64,000 nt of DNA from Betaproteobacteria bacterium (GCA_039931685.1 JBDTRK010000005.1:564-64563); one strand, 5' to 3'. Shown: positions 26,364 through 37,050, counted from the stretch's first letter. A program made the numbers and translations. Notes: generated from the sequence alone by a model not told the origin.

Positions 26364-28241
26364 ATGCCTGCCAATACTCCAGCACCTGCATCTCAAGCCG
26401 AAATGCGAAAGCAGACTGCGGGCGCGACGCCGCCGCCGGCAGGTCCCGCCAAAACCCAGAAGATACCGGACCGCAAGCTCACCATCGACCAATTGCTCGC
26501 GGATCTGGTCGCAGACAAGCTGGTCGCGGCGGATGTCGCCGAAAAACTGCTCGCGCTGCGGCACAATCTGCGCAGCAGCGACATCCATCCGCTGATTATC
26601 CTCGCCGACCAGAAATGGAAGGATCCGCGTAATCCCAAGAAACTGCTGACCCTGGAAGTGCTGACTGAATGGCTGGCGGGCAAGGTAGACCTCCCCTACC
26701 TGCATATTGATCCTTTCAAGATCGACTTCGCCGCAGTCACCAAGGTCATGTCCAACGCCTACGCCGAGCGCTTCAAGATTCTGCCGGTGCAAGTGAACTC
26801 GACCGAAGCCGTGATCGCCACCTGTGAACCCCATGTTCGCGAATGGGAGGCTGAACTCGCGCGCATCATGCGTCTTGACATCAAGCGGGTCATCGCCAAT
26901 CCACAGGACATCAACGGCTTCCTCGTGGAGTTCTACAATCTGGCGCGCTCGGTCAAGAGCGCCAGCGCACTTCACGGAGCAGCCCTCTCCGACATCACCA
27001 ATTTCGAGCAACTGGTCCAGCTTGGCACCAGCGGCAAGCTCGATGCCAACGACCAGCACATCGTCCGGCTGGTGGACTGGCTGCTGCAGTATGCGTTCGA
27101 GGAAGGCGCGAGCGACATCCACGTGGAACCACGGCGCGACGTCGCCAACGTACGCTTCCGCATCGACGGCGTGCTGCATCAGGTCTATCAGATTCCCACG
27201 CCGGTCGTCGCCGCGATGACCAGCCGCATCAAGATCCTTGGGCGCATGGACGTCGTGGAAAAGCGGCGCCCACAGGATGGCCGCATCAAGACTCGCACAT
27301 CGGAAGGCGAGGAAATCGAACTGCGGCTGTCGACCATGCCGACCGCATTCGGCGAAAAACTGGTCATGCGGATTTTCAACCCGGACGTCATCGTCAAGGA
27401 CTACAAGGATCTCGGCTTCTCGGACGAAGACCGGGAACGCTGGCAAACAGTGGTCAAACAACCACACGGCATTGTCCTCGTCACGGGTCCGACCGGATCG
27501 GGCAAGACGACGACGTTGTACTCGACGCTTAAACTCCTGGCTCAGCCCGACGTCAATGTCTGCACCATAGAAGATCCAATCGAAATGATTGAACCCGCGT
27601 TCAACCAGATGCAGGTCCAAAGCGCCATCGGACTGGATTTTGCGGCCGGCATCCGCACGCTCATGCGGCAGGACCCGGACATCGTAATGGTCGGCGAAAT
27701 TCGCGATCTGGAGACCGCCGATATGGCGATCCAGGCCGCACTGACCGGACATCTGGTCTTGTCCACGCTGCACACCAACGATTCTGCGTCTGCCGTCACG
27801 CGCCTGCTTGACCTCGGCGTACCGCCCTACCTCCTTCACTCGACCATTCTTGGCATCATGGCGCAGCGCCTGGTGCGGACGCTGTGCCCACATTGCCGCG
27901 AAGCCACACAAATCGACGCGGATACCTGGAACATGCTGATCGCACCATGGCAGGCGGAAAAACCGCAACAAATGTATCTGGCGAAGGGCTGCCTGGAATG
28001 CCGCATGACCGGATATGCCGGCCGCATTGGCATTTACGAGATCCTGCTCATGACGCCTGCACAGCGCCCCCTGGTCACCGTCGGCGCAGATTTCACGCAG
28101 ATACGCGACCAGGCGTACCGGGACGGCATGAAGCCACTGCGCATCTCCGGCGCCATGAAAGTCGCAGCCGGCGTGACGACCGTGGATGAAGTGCTCAAGG
28201 TCGCCCCACCAATTGGCGGAGACCGCCGCAAGAAACCGTAA
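26364..28241 (+). CDS. GspE/PilB-family secretion ATPase (orphan)
   Basis: T2SSE_N-like N-terminal domain, Walker A GPTGSGKTTT, Asp and His boxes, and tetracysteine CPHC...CLEC. Confidence 0.85.
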   Translation: MPANTPAPASQAEMRKQTAGATPPPAGPAKTQKIPDRKLTIDQLLADLVADKLVAADVAEKLLALRHNLRSSDIHPLIILADQKWKDPRNPKKLLTLEVLTEWLAGKVDLPYLHIDPFKIDFAAVTKVMSNAYAERFKILPVQVNSTEAVIATCEPHVREWEAELARIMRLDIKRVIANPQDINGFLVEFYNLARSVKSASALHGAALSDITNFEQLVQLGTSGKLDANDQHIVRLVDWLLQYAFEEGASDIHVEPRRDVANVRFRIDGVLHQVYQIPTPVVAAMTSRIKILGRMDVVEKRRPQDGRIKTRTSEGEEIELRLSTMPTAFGEKLVMRIFNPDVIVKDYKDLGFSDEDRERWQTVVKQPHGIVLVTGPTGSGKTTTLYSTLKLLAQPDVNVCTIEDPIEMIEPAFNQMQVQSAIGLDFAAGIRTLMRQDPDIVMVGEIRDLETADMAIQAALTGHLVLSTLHTNDSASAVTRLLDLGVPPYLLHSTILGIMAQRLVRTLCPHCREATQIDADTWNMLIAPWQAEKPQQMYLAKGCLECRMTGYAGRIGIYEILLMTPAQRPLVTVGADFTQIRDQAYRDGMKPLRISGAMKVAAGVTTVDEVLKVAPPIGGDRRKKP

Positions 28242-28295
28242 CGGACCTCGCTTGCGGCCAGCGCTCGCGACCCGCGGCATTGCGGCATATCGGCC

Positions 28296-28319
28296 GGTCG
28301 GTTGGTCGGTCGGTCGGTC
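28296..28319. repeat. tetranucleotide tandem repeat (GGTC)n, 6 units with one imperfect
   Basis: GGTC GGTT GGTC GGTC GGTC GGTC read directly in the intergenic spacer. Confidence 0.6.
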
Positions 28320-28399
28320 CGGCAGTCTGGTCGCCGGGCCCGCATACAAATTCCCGAATTGCCGGATTTCCCCTTCGACCACACGTTTAGATCACAAAA

Positions 28400-28828
28400 A
28401 TGAAAGACACCCTGAAGCCAGGCCTCACCCACTCCTTCCGTTTCCGCGTTCCCACCAACAAGACGGTCCCGCATCTTTACCCGGAATCCGATATGTTCCG
28501 GGAAATGCCGGAAGTGCTGGCGACCGGCTTCATGATCGGCCTTCTCGAGTGGGCCTGCGTGGAAACCCTGCGCCCGCATCTTGACTGGCCGGCCGAACAA
28601 ACGCTCGGCACCCACGTCAATTTTTCGCACGAGGCTGCCACGCCACCGGGTCTGCTGGTCACGGTTGATGTGCGCCTGGAAAAGATCGAAGGTCGCAGGC
28701 TCGTTTTCCACGTTGAGGCCCACGACGGGGTCGATCGTATTTCATCCGGAACCCACGAACGCTTCGTCATCGACGCAGCCCGCTTCCGCAGCAAAATGGC
28801 GCAGAAGGCGGAAAAGGCACAGGCTTGA
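28400..28828 (+). CDS. hot-dog fold thioesterase, FlK (fluoroacetyl-CoA thioesterase)-like family
   Basis: TVPHLYPES, ATGFMIGLLEWACV, SHEAATPPG and GSGTHERFVI align block-for-block with my recollection of FlK. Confidence 0.7.
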   Translation: MKDTLKPGLTHSFRFRVPTNKTVPHLYPESDMFREMPEVLATGFMIGLLEWACVETLRPHLDWPAEQTLGTHVNFSHEAATPPGLLVTVDVRLEKIEGRRLVFHVEAHDGVDRISSGTHERFVIDAARFRSKMAQKAEKAQA

Positions 28829-28880
28829 AACGGCATGCTGCATCAGGCTTGTTGCGATCTACCGCGAATGCATTAGGCGC

Positions 28881-31800
28881 ATGAGAGCGAACCCACCGTC
28901 GATTTATCGCACCATGGGCGAATGCGCCGTGCTCGCTGCCGTGTATACCGCAGCAGGCATCGGCGGTCTGCATTTCGCATTCTTCAATTCCGTCGTGACC
29001 ACGGTTTGGCCGCCCTCGGGCATTGCGCTGGCCGCGTTGTTGTTGTTCGGAATGCGGCTCGCGCCGGGCGTCGCCATTGGCGCCTTCGCCGTGAATCTGT
29101 GGAGTTCGGGTACCGTCATTGGCGCTTTCGGCGTAGCGATTGGCAATACCCTGGCAGTCGCTGTAGGGGTCATGGCACTGACCCGTTATTTCGGCTTCGA
29201 CAGTCGCATGACCAGGCTGCGGGACATTGTCGTGATGCTTTTCGTCGGGGCCGCGGCCAGCCCGCTGATCGCAGCCACAATCGGACCGTTCATGTTGATG
29301 GTTGGCGGCGCAATTTCACCGCATGAATACCCGAGCGTGTGGCTGTTCTGGTGGCTGGGCGATTCCCTCGGGGTCATCCTGTTCACGCCGCTGATCCTCG
29401 CCTGGTACAAGACGTCGCTTCAGGCAACCAGTCGGGACAGGCTGGCGATCGGACTCATCATCGTGCAGGCCTTTACTGCATTTCTCATCTTTTACGGCCT
29501 GCTGAGCGAACCCTTCAACACTCAACGTGTAACTTATGCGTTGCTGCCGATCGTCATCTGGCTGGCGCTAGCTTGTCCGCTGCGCTACACCGCAACGGCG
29601 AACATTCTGTTGTTCTTTATCGCTATCAGCGGAACCGCTGCCGGGCTTGGCCCCTACGCGGCCGGCGACATCGTCGGCAACGCCCTCTCGCTGCATGTGT
29701 TTCTGGTTGTCGTGACTTACACGACATCCCTTGTCGCCGGCGTCAACGCCGAACGCATCGAGGCCCTCACCAGGACTCGCGAAAGCGCCGATCGCTTCCG
29801 TAATCTGCTGGATCTATCGGCAGATTGGTACTGGGAGCAGGATGATCAGTTTCGGTTTACCTCGCGCGCCGGTCAGGGCCTGGAAAACAAAGGCTTCAGG
29901 CTTGACGAAGGCTTGGGCAAGACGCGCTGGGAACTCGACGTGGAGGGAATGACTGAAGCGGACTGGGCACCACACAAGGCGACGCTCAGGGCCCATCGAC
30001 CGTTCCGGGATTTCGTGCTCAGACGCCGCAATAGCGACGGCAAGCTGTTATATGTAAGTCAGAGCGGCGAGCCGGTCTTCGACAAAGAGGGTCGCTTCAA
30101 AGGCTTTCGTGGCGTTGGTCGCGACATTACTGAACGAGAGCTGGCGCAACGGGCATTGCAGGAAAGCGAAGCGCGCTTCCGCAGCCTTACCGAGTTGTCT
30201 TCGGACTGGTACTGGGAACAGGACCCGGAGCTGAACTTTACTTTTGTTTCCGACGCAATCTATGCCGTATCGAGCATCGATGCCAGCTTGCGTCGCGGAA
30301 GAAAGCGCTGGGAGATCCCGGGTCTGAGATTCGATCCGGTGACGCTCGAAGAACACAAGAAGTTGCTTTCCGAGCGCATGCCCTTCCGCGACTTCCGTTA
30401 CATCAGGGTGATGCCCGACGGTCATCCGCGGCACATTTCCGTCACGGGAGCACCTCTGTTCGATTCCGACGGCAAGTTCACCGGCTATCGCGGCGTCGGC
30501 AGGGAAGTTACTGCCGAGGTCACCGCCGAGCAACGCCTCGCCCGGCTTCGCGATTTCTATGCAGCCTTGTCGAAAGGCAACAATGCCATCATTCATGCGA
30601 CGAATGAGCGGCAGTTGTTCGACGAAGTCTGCAACATTGCGGTGACCTACGGACGAGTCATTTTCGCGCGCATCTGCCTGATCAACAGGCAAACTGGAGT
30701 ACTGGACGACATCGCCATCGCCGGAAACCACAAGGCCTACTCCGGACGCGTGCCGATCTCGACCGACCCCGACCGACCCGAAGGCCGCGGACCGACGGCC
30801 ATCGCGCTGCGCACCAACGTACCCGACGTATGTAACGACATCGAAAGCGATCCGCGCAATGAACTATGGCGCCCGTCCATGATGCACGCCGGGGTGCGCT
30901 CCTACGTCGTCTTTCCGCTTAGTCGAAACAGTGAAGTCGTCGGTTCGATGCATATCTACGCCGCGGAAAAAAACTGGTTCGACGACGATCTGGTAGCGCT
31001 GATCACCGAACTGAGTGCGAACCTGTCTTTCGCATTGGACAATTTTTCTCGGGAACAGGCGCGCAGGAGCGCGGAGCTGGCGCTACGCGCCAGCGAACAG
31101 CGCTTTCGCGACTTTGCCGAAGCCGCCGGTGAGTTCGTCTGGGAAAACGATCTCGAAGGCCGCTTCACTTATGTTTCGCCTCGCGTACTGGAATACACCG
31201 GCTATGCGCCGGAAGAGCTCGTCGGTCACACTGCGATCGAGTTCATGCCCCCCGGGGAAGGCGTGCGGGTCCGGCAATGGTTGACGGAAAACATGAACGC
31301 GGACCGCGCAATCCGCGGCATGGAGCACATGTTCCTGTCCAAGTCCGGCGAAATTTTATGGATGCAGGTCAGTGCTGTGTCGATCTGGGACGAGAACGGA
31401 CGGCCGCTCGGCCAGCGCGGCACGACACGCGATATTTCCTCAGTCAAGCGCTCCGAAGCGCGCATCAGCTATCTCGCCACTCGGGATCCGCTGACTGAAC
31501 TACCCAACAGATTGCTGTTCAACGACCGCCTTGAGCAAGGCCTGATCGCCGCGCGGCGCAAGCGCGACAAGCTCGGCGTGCTGTTTCTCGACCTGGATCG
31601 CTTCAAGAACATCAATGACTCGCTTGGCCACCACATCGGAGATCTGCTGCTCAAGGAAATCGCCTTGCGCATGGCGGCGTGCATTCGCAAAGGGGACACG
31701 CTCTCGCGCCTCGGCGGCGATGAATTTGTCGTGACGCTCGAAGGCCTGGCGCAGGCCGAAGACGCGGCACAGGTCGCCCTCAAGATCATCTCGACCATGC

Positions 31801-32774
31801 GAAAGCCTGTCGACGTGGATGGCCATACCCTGAACACATCATGCAGCGTTGGCATCAGCATCTTTCCAGACGACGCGGAAAACAGCCTCGAATTGATGAA
31901 GAATGCCGATACCGCCATGTATCACGCCAAGGAGCAGGGCCGAAACAATTTCAAGTTCTTCTCTCCGGAGATGAACCAGCGCGCGGTGGAACGTCATCGC
32001 CTCGAAACCGAACTGCGTCTGGCAATCGAGCAGGAGCAATTCGTCCTGCACTATCAGCCACAAGCGGATTTGAGAACCGGGCGGTTGATCGGCATGGAAG
32101 CGCTGATTCGCTGGCAGCACCCGGAGCGTGGCCTTGTGCCGCCGATGAGCTTCATCCCGGTTGCCGAAGAATCCGGGCTGATCGATCTCATCGGTGGCTG
32201 GGCGCTGCGCAGCGCCTGCGCGCAGAACCGGGCATGGCAGCAGGCTGGTTTTCCCCGTCTCAAAGTCGCGGTCAACATCTCGGCCCGCCAGCTCGACGAT
32301 CCGGACGCGCTTGCCGACGAAGTGATGAAGTTGCTGGGCGAAACGCACCTGGATGCGCAATACCTCGAACTGGAAATGACCGAGAGCGTGCTGTTGAAAA
32401 ATGTCAACGAAAACGTTGCCGTGCTGCGACGTCTCGGACAGGCCGGCGTCCGCATGGCCGTCGATGACTTTGGCACCGGATACTCGTCACTTGCCTATCT
32501 CAAGCAACTGCCGATCGACACGTTGAAAATCGATCGCAGTTTTGTGCGCGACATCGAGACCGACCCCGACGACGCCGCGATCATCCAGGCGATTATTGCC
32601 ATGGCCCACGGACTCGATCTGCGAGTGACAGCGGAAGGGGTGGAAACCGCAGGCCAGCTCGCCGCGCTGCGCAAGCTTGGTTGCGATGAGTTCCAGGGTT
32701 ATTTGCTGGCAAAGCCTTTGCCAACCGCAGATTTCCTGACCACACTTCTCGAACCCCTGCGTGCCGACCGGTAA
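28881..32774 (+). CDS. MASE1-PAS-PAS-GAF-PAS-GGDEF-EAL signalling protein
   Basis: ATG at 28881; the track ORF start at 28581 overlaps the thioesterase. MASE1 membrane domain (VWPPSGIALAALL), two WYWEQD PAS domains, a GAF domain, an intact GGDEF (RLGGDEF) and EAL (MEALIRW). Confidence 0.85.
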   Translation: MRANPPSIYRTMGECAVLAAVYTAAGIGGLHFAFFNSVVTTVWPPSGIALAALLLFGMRLAPGVAIGAFAVNLWSSGTVIGAFGVAIGNTLAVAVGVMALTRYFGFDSRMTRLRDIVVMLFVGAAASPLIAATIGPFMLMVGGAISPHEYPSVWLFWWLGDSLGVILFTPLILAWYKTSLQATSRDRLAIGLIIVQAFTAFLIFYGLLSEPFNTQRVTYALLPIVIWLALACPLRYTATANILLFFIAISGTAAGLGPYAAGDIVGNALSLHVFLVVVTYTTSLVAGVNAERIEALTRTRESADRFRNLLDLSADWYWEQDDQFRFTSRAGQGLENKGFRLDEGLGKTRWELDVEGMTEADWAPHKATLRAHRPFRDFVLRRRNSDGKLLYVSQSGEPVFDKEGRFKGFRGVGRDITERELAQRALQESEARFRSLTELSSDWYWEQDPELNFTFVSDAIYAVSSIDASLRRGRKRWEIPGLRFDPVTLEEHKKLLSERMPFRDFRYIRVMPDGHPRHISVTGAPLFDSDGKFTGYRGVGREVTAEVTAEQRLARLRDFYAALSKGNNAIIHATNERQLFDEVCNIAVTYGRVIFARICLINRQTGVLDDIAIAGNHKAYSGRVPISTDPDRPEGRGPTAIALRTNVPDVCNDIESDPRNELWRPSMMHAGVRSYVVFPLSRNSEVVGSMHIYAAEKNWFDDDLVALITELSANLSFALDNFSREQARRSAELALRASEQRFRDFAEAAGEFVWENDLEGRFTYVSPRVLEYTGYAPEELVGHTAIEFMPPGEGVRVRQWLTENMNADRAIRGMEHMFLSKSGEILWMQVSAVSIWDENGRPLGQRGTTRDISSVKRSEARISYLATRDPLTELPNRLLFNDRLEQGLIAARRKRDKLGVLFLDLDRFKNINDSLGHHIGDLLLKEIALRMAACIRKGDTLSRLGGDEFVVTLEGLAQAEDAAQVALKIISTMRKPVDVDGHTLNTSCSVGISIFPDDAENSLELMKNADTAMYHAKEQGRNNFKFFSPEMNQRAVERHRLETELRLAIEQEQFVLHYQPQADLRTGRLIGMEALIRWQHPERGLVPPMSFIPVAEESGLIDLIGGWALRSACAQNRAWQQAGFPRLKVAVNISARQLDDPDALADEVMKLLGETHLDAQYLELEMTESVLLKNVNENVAVLRRLGQAGVRMAVDDFGTGYSSLAYLKQLPIDTLKIDRSFVRDIETDPDDAAIIQAIIAMAHGLDLRVTAEGVETAGQLAALRKLGCDEFQGYLLAKPLPTADFLTTLLEPLRADR

Positions 32775-32802
32775 GGTAAATCAACGCGACCGTTCTTCCC
32801 AG

Positions 32803-33981
32803 CTATCGCGCGAGCGCACGCATGGCCTTTTCCAGGCCTTCCAGGGTCAGCGGATACATGCGATCGCTCATCAGGTTGCGCACCATGCCGATGGATTCGT
32901 AGTAATCCCAGCGGTCCTGCGGGGTCGGATTGAGCCATGCGGCGTGCGGATAGACGTTAAGCATGCGCTGCAGCCAGACCGCCCCGGCCTCATCGTTCTG
33001 GTGCTCGACGCTGCCGCCCGGATAGCCGATTTCATATGGGCTCATGGTTGCGTCGCCAACGAAGATAAGCTTGTAATCGTGCGGGTACTTGTGCAGGACC
33101 TGAAACGTCGGCGTGCGCTCCGAGTTACGGCGGCGATTGTCGCGCCAAACCGACTCGTAGAGAAAATTATGGAAGTAGAAGTACTCCAGATGCTTGAATT
33201 CCACGCGCGCAGCCGAGAATAATTCCTCGCATATGCGAACGTAGTCCTCCATCGATCCGCCGACGTCCAGGAACAGGAGCACCTTCACGGCATTGTGGCG
33301 CTCCGGCACCATCTTGATGTCGAGGTAGCCGGCGTTCCTGGCCGTGGAGCGAATCGTGTCATCCAGGTCGAGTTCGTCAGCCGCGCCGTCGCGCGCGAAT
33401 TTGCGCAATCGCCTGAGCGCAACCTTGATGTTGCGAACACCCAGTTCAAGCGAGTCGTCGAGGTTGCGGTACTCGCGCTTGTCCCAGACCTTGACCGCGC
33501 TGCGATTGCGCGAACCGTCCTGGCCGATGCGCACGCCTTCCGGGTTGTAGCCATAAGCACCGAACGGCGAGGTGCCGCCGGTGCCGATCCATTTCGAGCC
33601 GCCCTGGTGCCGGCCCTTCTGCTCCTCAAGGCGTTTGCGCAGCGTCTCCATGAGCTTTTCCCAGCCGCCCAGCGATTCGACCAGTTTCTTTTCCTCCTCC
33701 GTGAGCAGCAATTCCGCCTGCCTGCGCAGCCATTCCTCGGGGATTTCGACGCTCACGCCGTCGGGTGGTGATGCGATGCCCTTGAAGTAGGCGGCGAAGG
33801 CGCGATCGAACTTGTCGTATTTCGCCTCGTCCTTGACCAGGCAGGCGCGCGCGAGGTAATAGAACTCGTCCAGACTGCCCGAGCTGACGTGTTTTTGCAG
33901 GGCTTCCATCAGCGTCAGGTATTCCCTGACCGACGCCGGCACGCCGCCTTCGCGCAGCTTCAGGAAAAAATCTGTCAGCAA
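32803..33981 (-). CDS. VWA domain protein, CoxE-like (MoxR partner)
   Basis: N-terminus FFLKLREGGVPASVREYLTLMEAL and C-terminal VWA block LLFLDVGGSM...LIFVGDA are typical of the COG3552 family. Confidence 0.75.
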   Translation of the reverse strand: MLTDFFLKLREGGVPASVREYLTLMEALQKHVSSGSLDEFYYLARACLVKDEAKYDKFDRAFAAYFKGIASPPDGVSVEIPEEWLRRQAELLLTEEEKKLVESLGGWEKLMETLRKRLEEQKGRHQGGSKWIGTGGTSPFGAYGYNPEGVRIGQDGSRNRSAVKVWDKREYRNLDDSLELGVRNIKVALRRLRKFARDGAADELDLDDTIRSTARNAGYLDIKMVPERHNAVKVLLFLDVGGSMEDYVRICEELFSAARVEFKHLEYFYFHNFLYESVWRDNRRRNSERTPTFQVLHKYPHDYKLIFVGDATMSPYEIGYPGGSVEHQNDEAGAVWLQRMLNVYPHAAWLNPTPQDRWDYYESIGMVRNLMSDRMYPLTLEGLEKAMRALAR

Positions 33982-34015
33982 GTGCTGTTGCTCCTGCCAG
34001 GGCGGGCGATGCGGA

Positions 34016-37006
34016 TCATTGCGAACGCAACCTGGCCAGCGTAATGACTTCCAGCCAGCGCAATTCAGTGGACGGATCGCTGCCGGGCGGAACGCGCTGG
34101 CTCAATTCCGGCCAGACGTCGCGCGCGCGACCGGTTTCCCCACGCGCAAGATGGCCGAGGATCATCGCGCCGGCCGCATAGTACGTATCCCGTGCCGGTG
34201 ACTCCACAGTTGCCCTTTTCAGCAATTCTCCTCCATGCTCGATCATCGCCTGGGCATCGCGCGCGCCGACCGCGACCAGCAGCCGGTACCAGTGCTGTGC
34301 CTCCGGCGTCAGGCGTTCACGGCAACGCGCGGGCAGCAGCTTGTTCCAGAACAGCGCCGCCTTGTCACGATCCATGTAAGGTGTGACGAAGCGTCCCACG
34401 TGAACCCACGCCGACTGCCAGACCCTGGGCGCGCTCGCGCCGCAATCCTGCACGCCCAGGCGCGCCATGGCCACGGCATCGCGCATGTGCGCAAGCACGA
34501 TGTCGTCCTGTCCTTCGATGACAAAGCGCATAACCAGCTGGGCCAGGCTGCGCGCCGACGGATTCTGGATTGACAGGCGCTTCCACGCCACTTCGTCGTG
34601 CGCCCCGTCCGACAGCATGGCGTCGATCGGCAGGTCGGTGATCAGCAACAGCACCGGCTCCGCCGCCTTCAGGTTCATGAAGCGCGCGCGCGCGGCGCGG
34701 TTATCAATAAACGGAAAATAATCCGAATTGACCGGCGCCCGGGAAATGCCGAAGAACGGATCCAGCAAGGCCTTGCCGCTGACCCGTCGCGCGCGCACGT
34801 CGTCGGTACTGAGGACGGCCATGCGGGCGAGGTCTTCGCGCAGCTCCGGCAGCGCGAAAACGCGCTCCTGCGGCAGGTCGAGTCTGGCATTCTTTCTTGC
34901 CACGATGAGTATGTTGTCGCGGTCGGCGATGTAGATCGCGTAATCCGTGAACCACGGCGACAAGGCCTTCGTTACCGATGCCACGGAGGCGAAATCGATT
35001 TCGTAAAGTTGCACCCATTGCACCAGCACGCCACCGTCGTTCAGGTGTCCCGCCACGTGTCGGTAAAATTCCTCGGTAAACAGGGATGCGATACCGCTGA
35101 CCCACGGATTGGAGGGCTCGGAAACAATGATGTCGTATTGTTTGTTGGCCACCGAGAAATAAGTCTTCGCATCCTCGATATGGATGCTGCTCCTCGGGTC
35201 TTCATAGGCCTTGCGGTTGCGCGGGAAGAAGCCCCTGCGCGCCGCCTCGATCATGCGTTCCTCGATTTCGATGGTATCGACCCGCTCGAGCCCGGGATCC
35301 GACAGCAGGATCTGCGTCGTCATGCCGGAACCGAAACCGACAACGGCGGCCGTCTTCGGCGCCGGATGAAGCATCAGTGGCAGCGCCCCCAGCAGTGTTT
35401 GCGTGACCTCGTCCACGCCCGCGGGGCCGGGACCCATGTTGACGGATGCGTCGAATTTGCCGTTCGTGGCCAGGCTGACTTCCGATCCCCTGCGGCTGAC
35501 GCTGACATTCGCCGTTTTACCGTCCCGCAAATACAAGACTTCATCCTGGGATGAGCGGGCGTAACCGTAACGGAATACGCCGGAAGTTATCGTGAGCGGA
35601 TCGACGTTGGCCGCCAGATAGGTGAACGCAAACGCCACCGCGCCGATGACGGCCGCGATCGTTGTTCGGCGCACGCGTGCGGGCGGAGCCAGTGTCGCGA
35701 ATAGCAGCAATCCCAGACCCAAATCCATCGCCGCACCGGCGAAAATCACGCCTTTGGCATTGAATGCCGGCATGAACACATGTGTGGCGAGCACGATGCC
35801 GGCGATGGCGCCCACCGTATTTGCCGCATACACGGCACCGATCGCGCGCTCACCCGCGCCCGCGCGCAGGGCCGCGAAGGTGATGACCGGCAGCGTCATC
35901 CCGGCGCAGAAAGTGGCCGGCAGCATGAGCAGCGATGCGATGGCGTGGCTGGCCCAGTTGAAGCCGGTATAGCCGGATTCGGTGCGGGCGAACGTGTTCA
36001 TCACCACGCTCATCCAGTCGAACGTGCGGCCGTAGACAAACAGCGTGGCCAGCGCCAGCAGGCCCATCGCCACTTGAATGACGGCGAGTAAATTGCGCAA
36101 GTCGGCGGTCGATTCGATTCGCCGTCGGATCCACAGGCCACCCAGCGCGAGGCCGAGAATGAAGGACGACAACATGAGTTCGAACGCGTGCGTGCTCGCG
36201 CCGAGCACCAGGCTGAGCATCCTCAGCCAACCGATCTCGTAGCAGAATGACGCCATGCCCGTGACCAGCGAGGCGACGAGCAGCAGGCGGTAATCCACGA
36301 TCGCGCCGCCCGCCACCGGGCGCCCGGCCGCCGGGGCCCTACCCGGCGCTTCGGGCAGGCTCATGTCCCTGACCAGCAACCAGGTCGCGAATGCCACGAC
36401 AATATTCAGCAGCCCTGCGGTCATGATGGTGCCCGGCAGGCCGACGTTTGGAATCAGCAGGAATCCGCTCGCCAGCACGCCGATCGCGCCACCGAGGCTG
36501 TTGGTGAAATAGAGCATGGACAGGCTGCGGCCGGCCCGGTCCGGCGCGTGGCGGATGAATCCGGCACTCATCAGTGGGAACGTCATGCCCAGCAGGATGG
36601 ATTGCGGCAGCAGCATGAGCGCGCCAAGCCCCCATTTGTAGGCATGCACCGCGGCGGGTGAACCCAGATTGGGAATGACGTGGGCGAAGGAAACCTGGGT
36701 AATGCGGTCGAAGGCGCCGTGAAACAGCAACGCCAGCAGCCCGGTGATGGCTTCGACCACCGCGTAGGCCAGCAGCACCCGCTTCCAGCGCGCGGAAAAA
36801 CGGCCTGCCAGCAGCGATCCGATGGCCAGGCCGCCCATGAAGATCACGAGCACCAACACCTGGGAATACGCCGCATGACCGAGAAACAGCTTCAGGTAAT
36901 GGCTCCAGATCGATTCGTAGATCAATCCGGAAAAGCCGGAAAGCGTAAAGATGCAGAGCAGCGCGACGGGTGCGGGAATTCTGCGCATGTATTGTGATCC
37001 TTTCAT
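34016..37006 (-). CDS. fused MFS-like membrane domain / spermidine-synthase-like methyltransferase-fold protein with C-terminal helical-repeat domain
   Basis: About 12 TM helices (FSGLIYESIWSHYLKLFLGH), then VVGFGSGMT...YDIIVSEPSNPWVSG (SpeE fold), then an about 270-aa extension. The start may be 37006 or 36988. Confidence 0.75.
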   Translation of the reverse strand: MKGSQYMRRIPAPVALLCIFTLSGFSGLIYESIWSHYLKLFLGHAAYSQVLVLVIFMGGLAIGSLLAGRFSARWKRVLLAYAVVEAITGLLALLFHGAFDRITQVSFAHVIPNLGSPAAVHAYKWGLGALMLLPQSILLGMTFPLMSAGFIRHAPDRAGRSLSMLYFTNSLGGAIGVLASGFLLIPNVGLPGTIMTAGLLNIVVAFATWLLVRDMSLPEAPGRAPAAGRPVAGGAIVDYRLLLVASLVTGMASFCYEIGWLRMLSLVLGASTHAFELMLSSFILGLALGGLWIRRRIESTADLRNLLAVIQVAMGLLALATLFVYGRTFDWMSVVMNTFARTESGYTGFNWASHAIASLLMLPATFCAGMTLPVITFAALRAGAGERAIGAVYAANTVGAIAGIVLATHVFMPAFNAKGVIFAGAAMDLGLGLLLFATLAPPARVRRTTIAAVIGAVAFAFTYLAANVDPLTITSGVFRYGYARSSQDEVLYLRDGKTANVSVSRRGSEVSLATNGKFDASVNMGPGPAGVDEVTQTLLGALPLMLHPAPKTAAVVGFGSGMTTQILLSDPGLERVDTIEIEERMIEAARRGFFPRNRKAYEDPRSSIHIEDAKTYFSVANKQYDIIVSEPSNPWVSGIASLFTEEFYRHVAGHLNDGGVLVQWVQLYEIDFASVASVTKALSPWFTDYAIYIADRDNILIVARKNARLDLPQERVFALPELREDLARMAVLSTDDVRARRVSGKALLDPFFGISRAPVNSDYFPFIDNRAARARFMNLKAAEPVLLLITDLPIDAMLSDGAHDEVAWKRLSIQNPSARSLAQLVMRFVIEGQDDIVLAHMRDAVAMARLGVQDCGASAPRVWQSAWVHVGRFVTPYMDRDKAALFWNKLLPARCRERLTPEAQHWYRLLVAVGARDAQAMIEHGGELLKRATVESPARDTYYAAGAMILGHLARGETGRARDVWPELSQRVPPGSDPSTELRWLEVITLARLRSQ

Positions 37007-37050
37007 GTGTAGTGCCGTGTCATTGTCCGAAGAGAATACCGGTCGGCGGT

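Noticed and set aside
26334-28382. 682-aa ORF antisense to the GspE-family gene
   Set aside because: Arg/Gly/Ala/His/Asp-rich composition with no recognisable motifs. The opposite strand encodes a complete, motif-rich secretion ATPase. This is a typical long antisense ORF in GC-rich DNA.
28581-28880. 5' extension of the GGDEF-EAL ORF (track start 28581)
   Set aside because: It overlaps the FlK-like thioesterase gene in another frame. The MASE1 domain begins right after the ATG at 28881.
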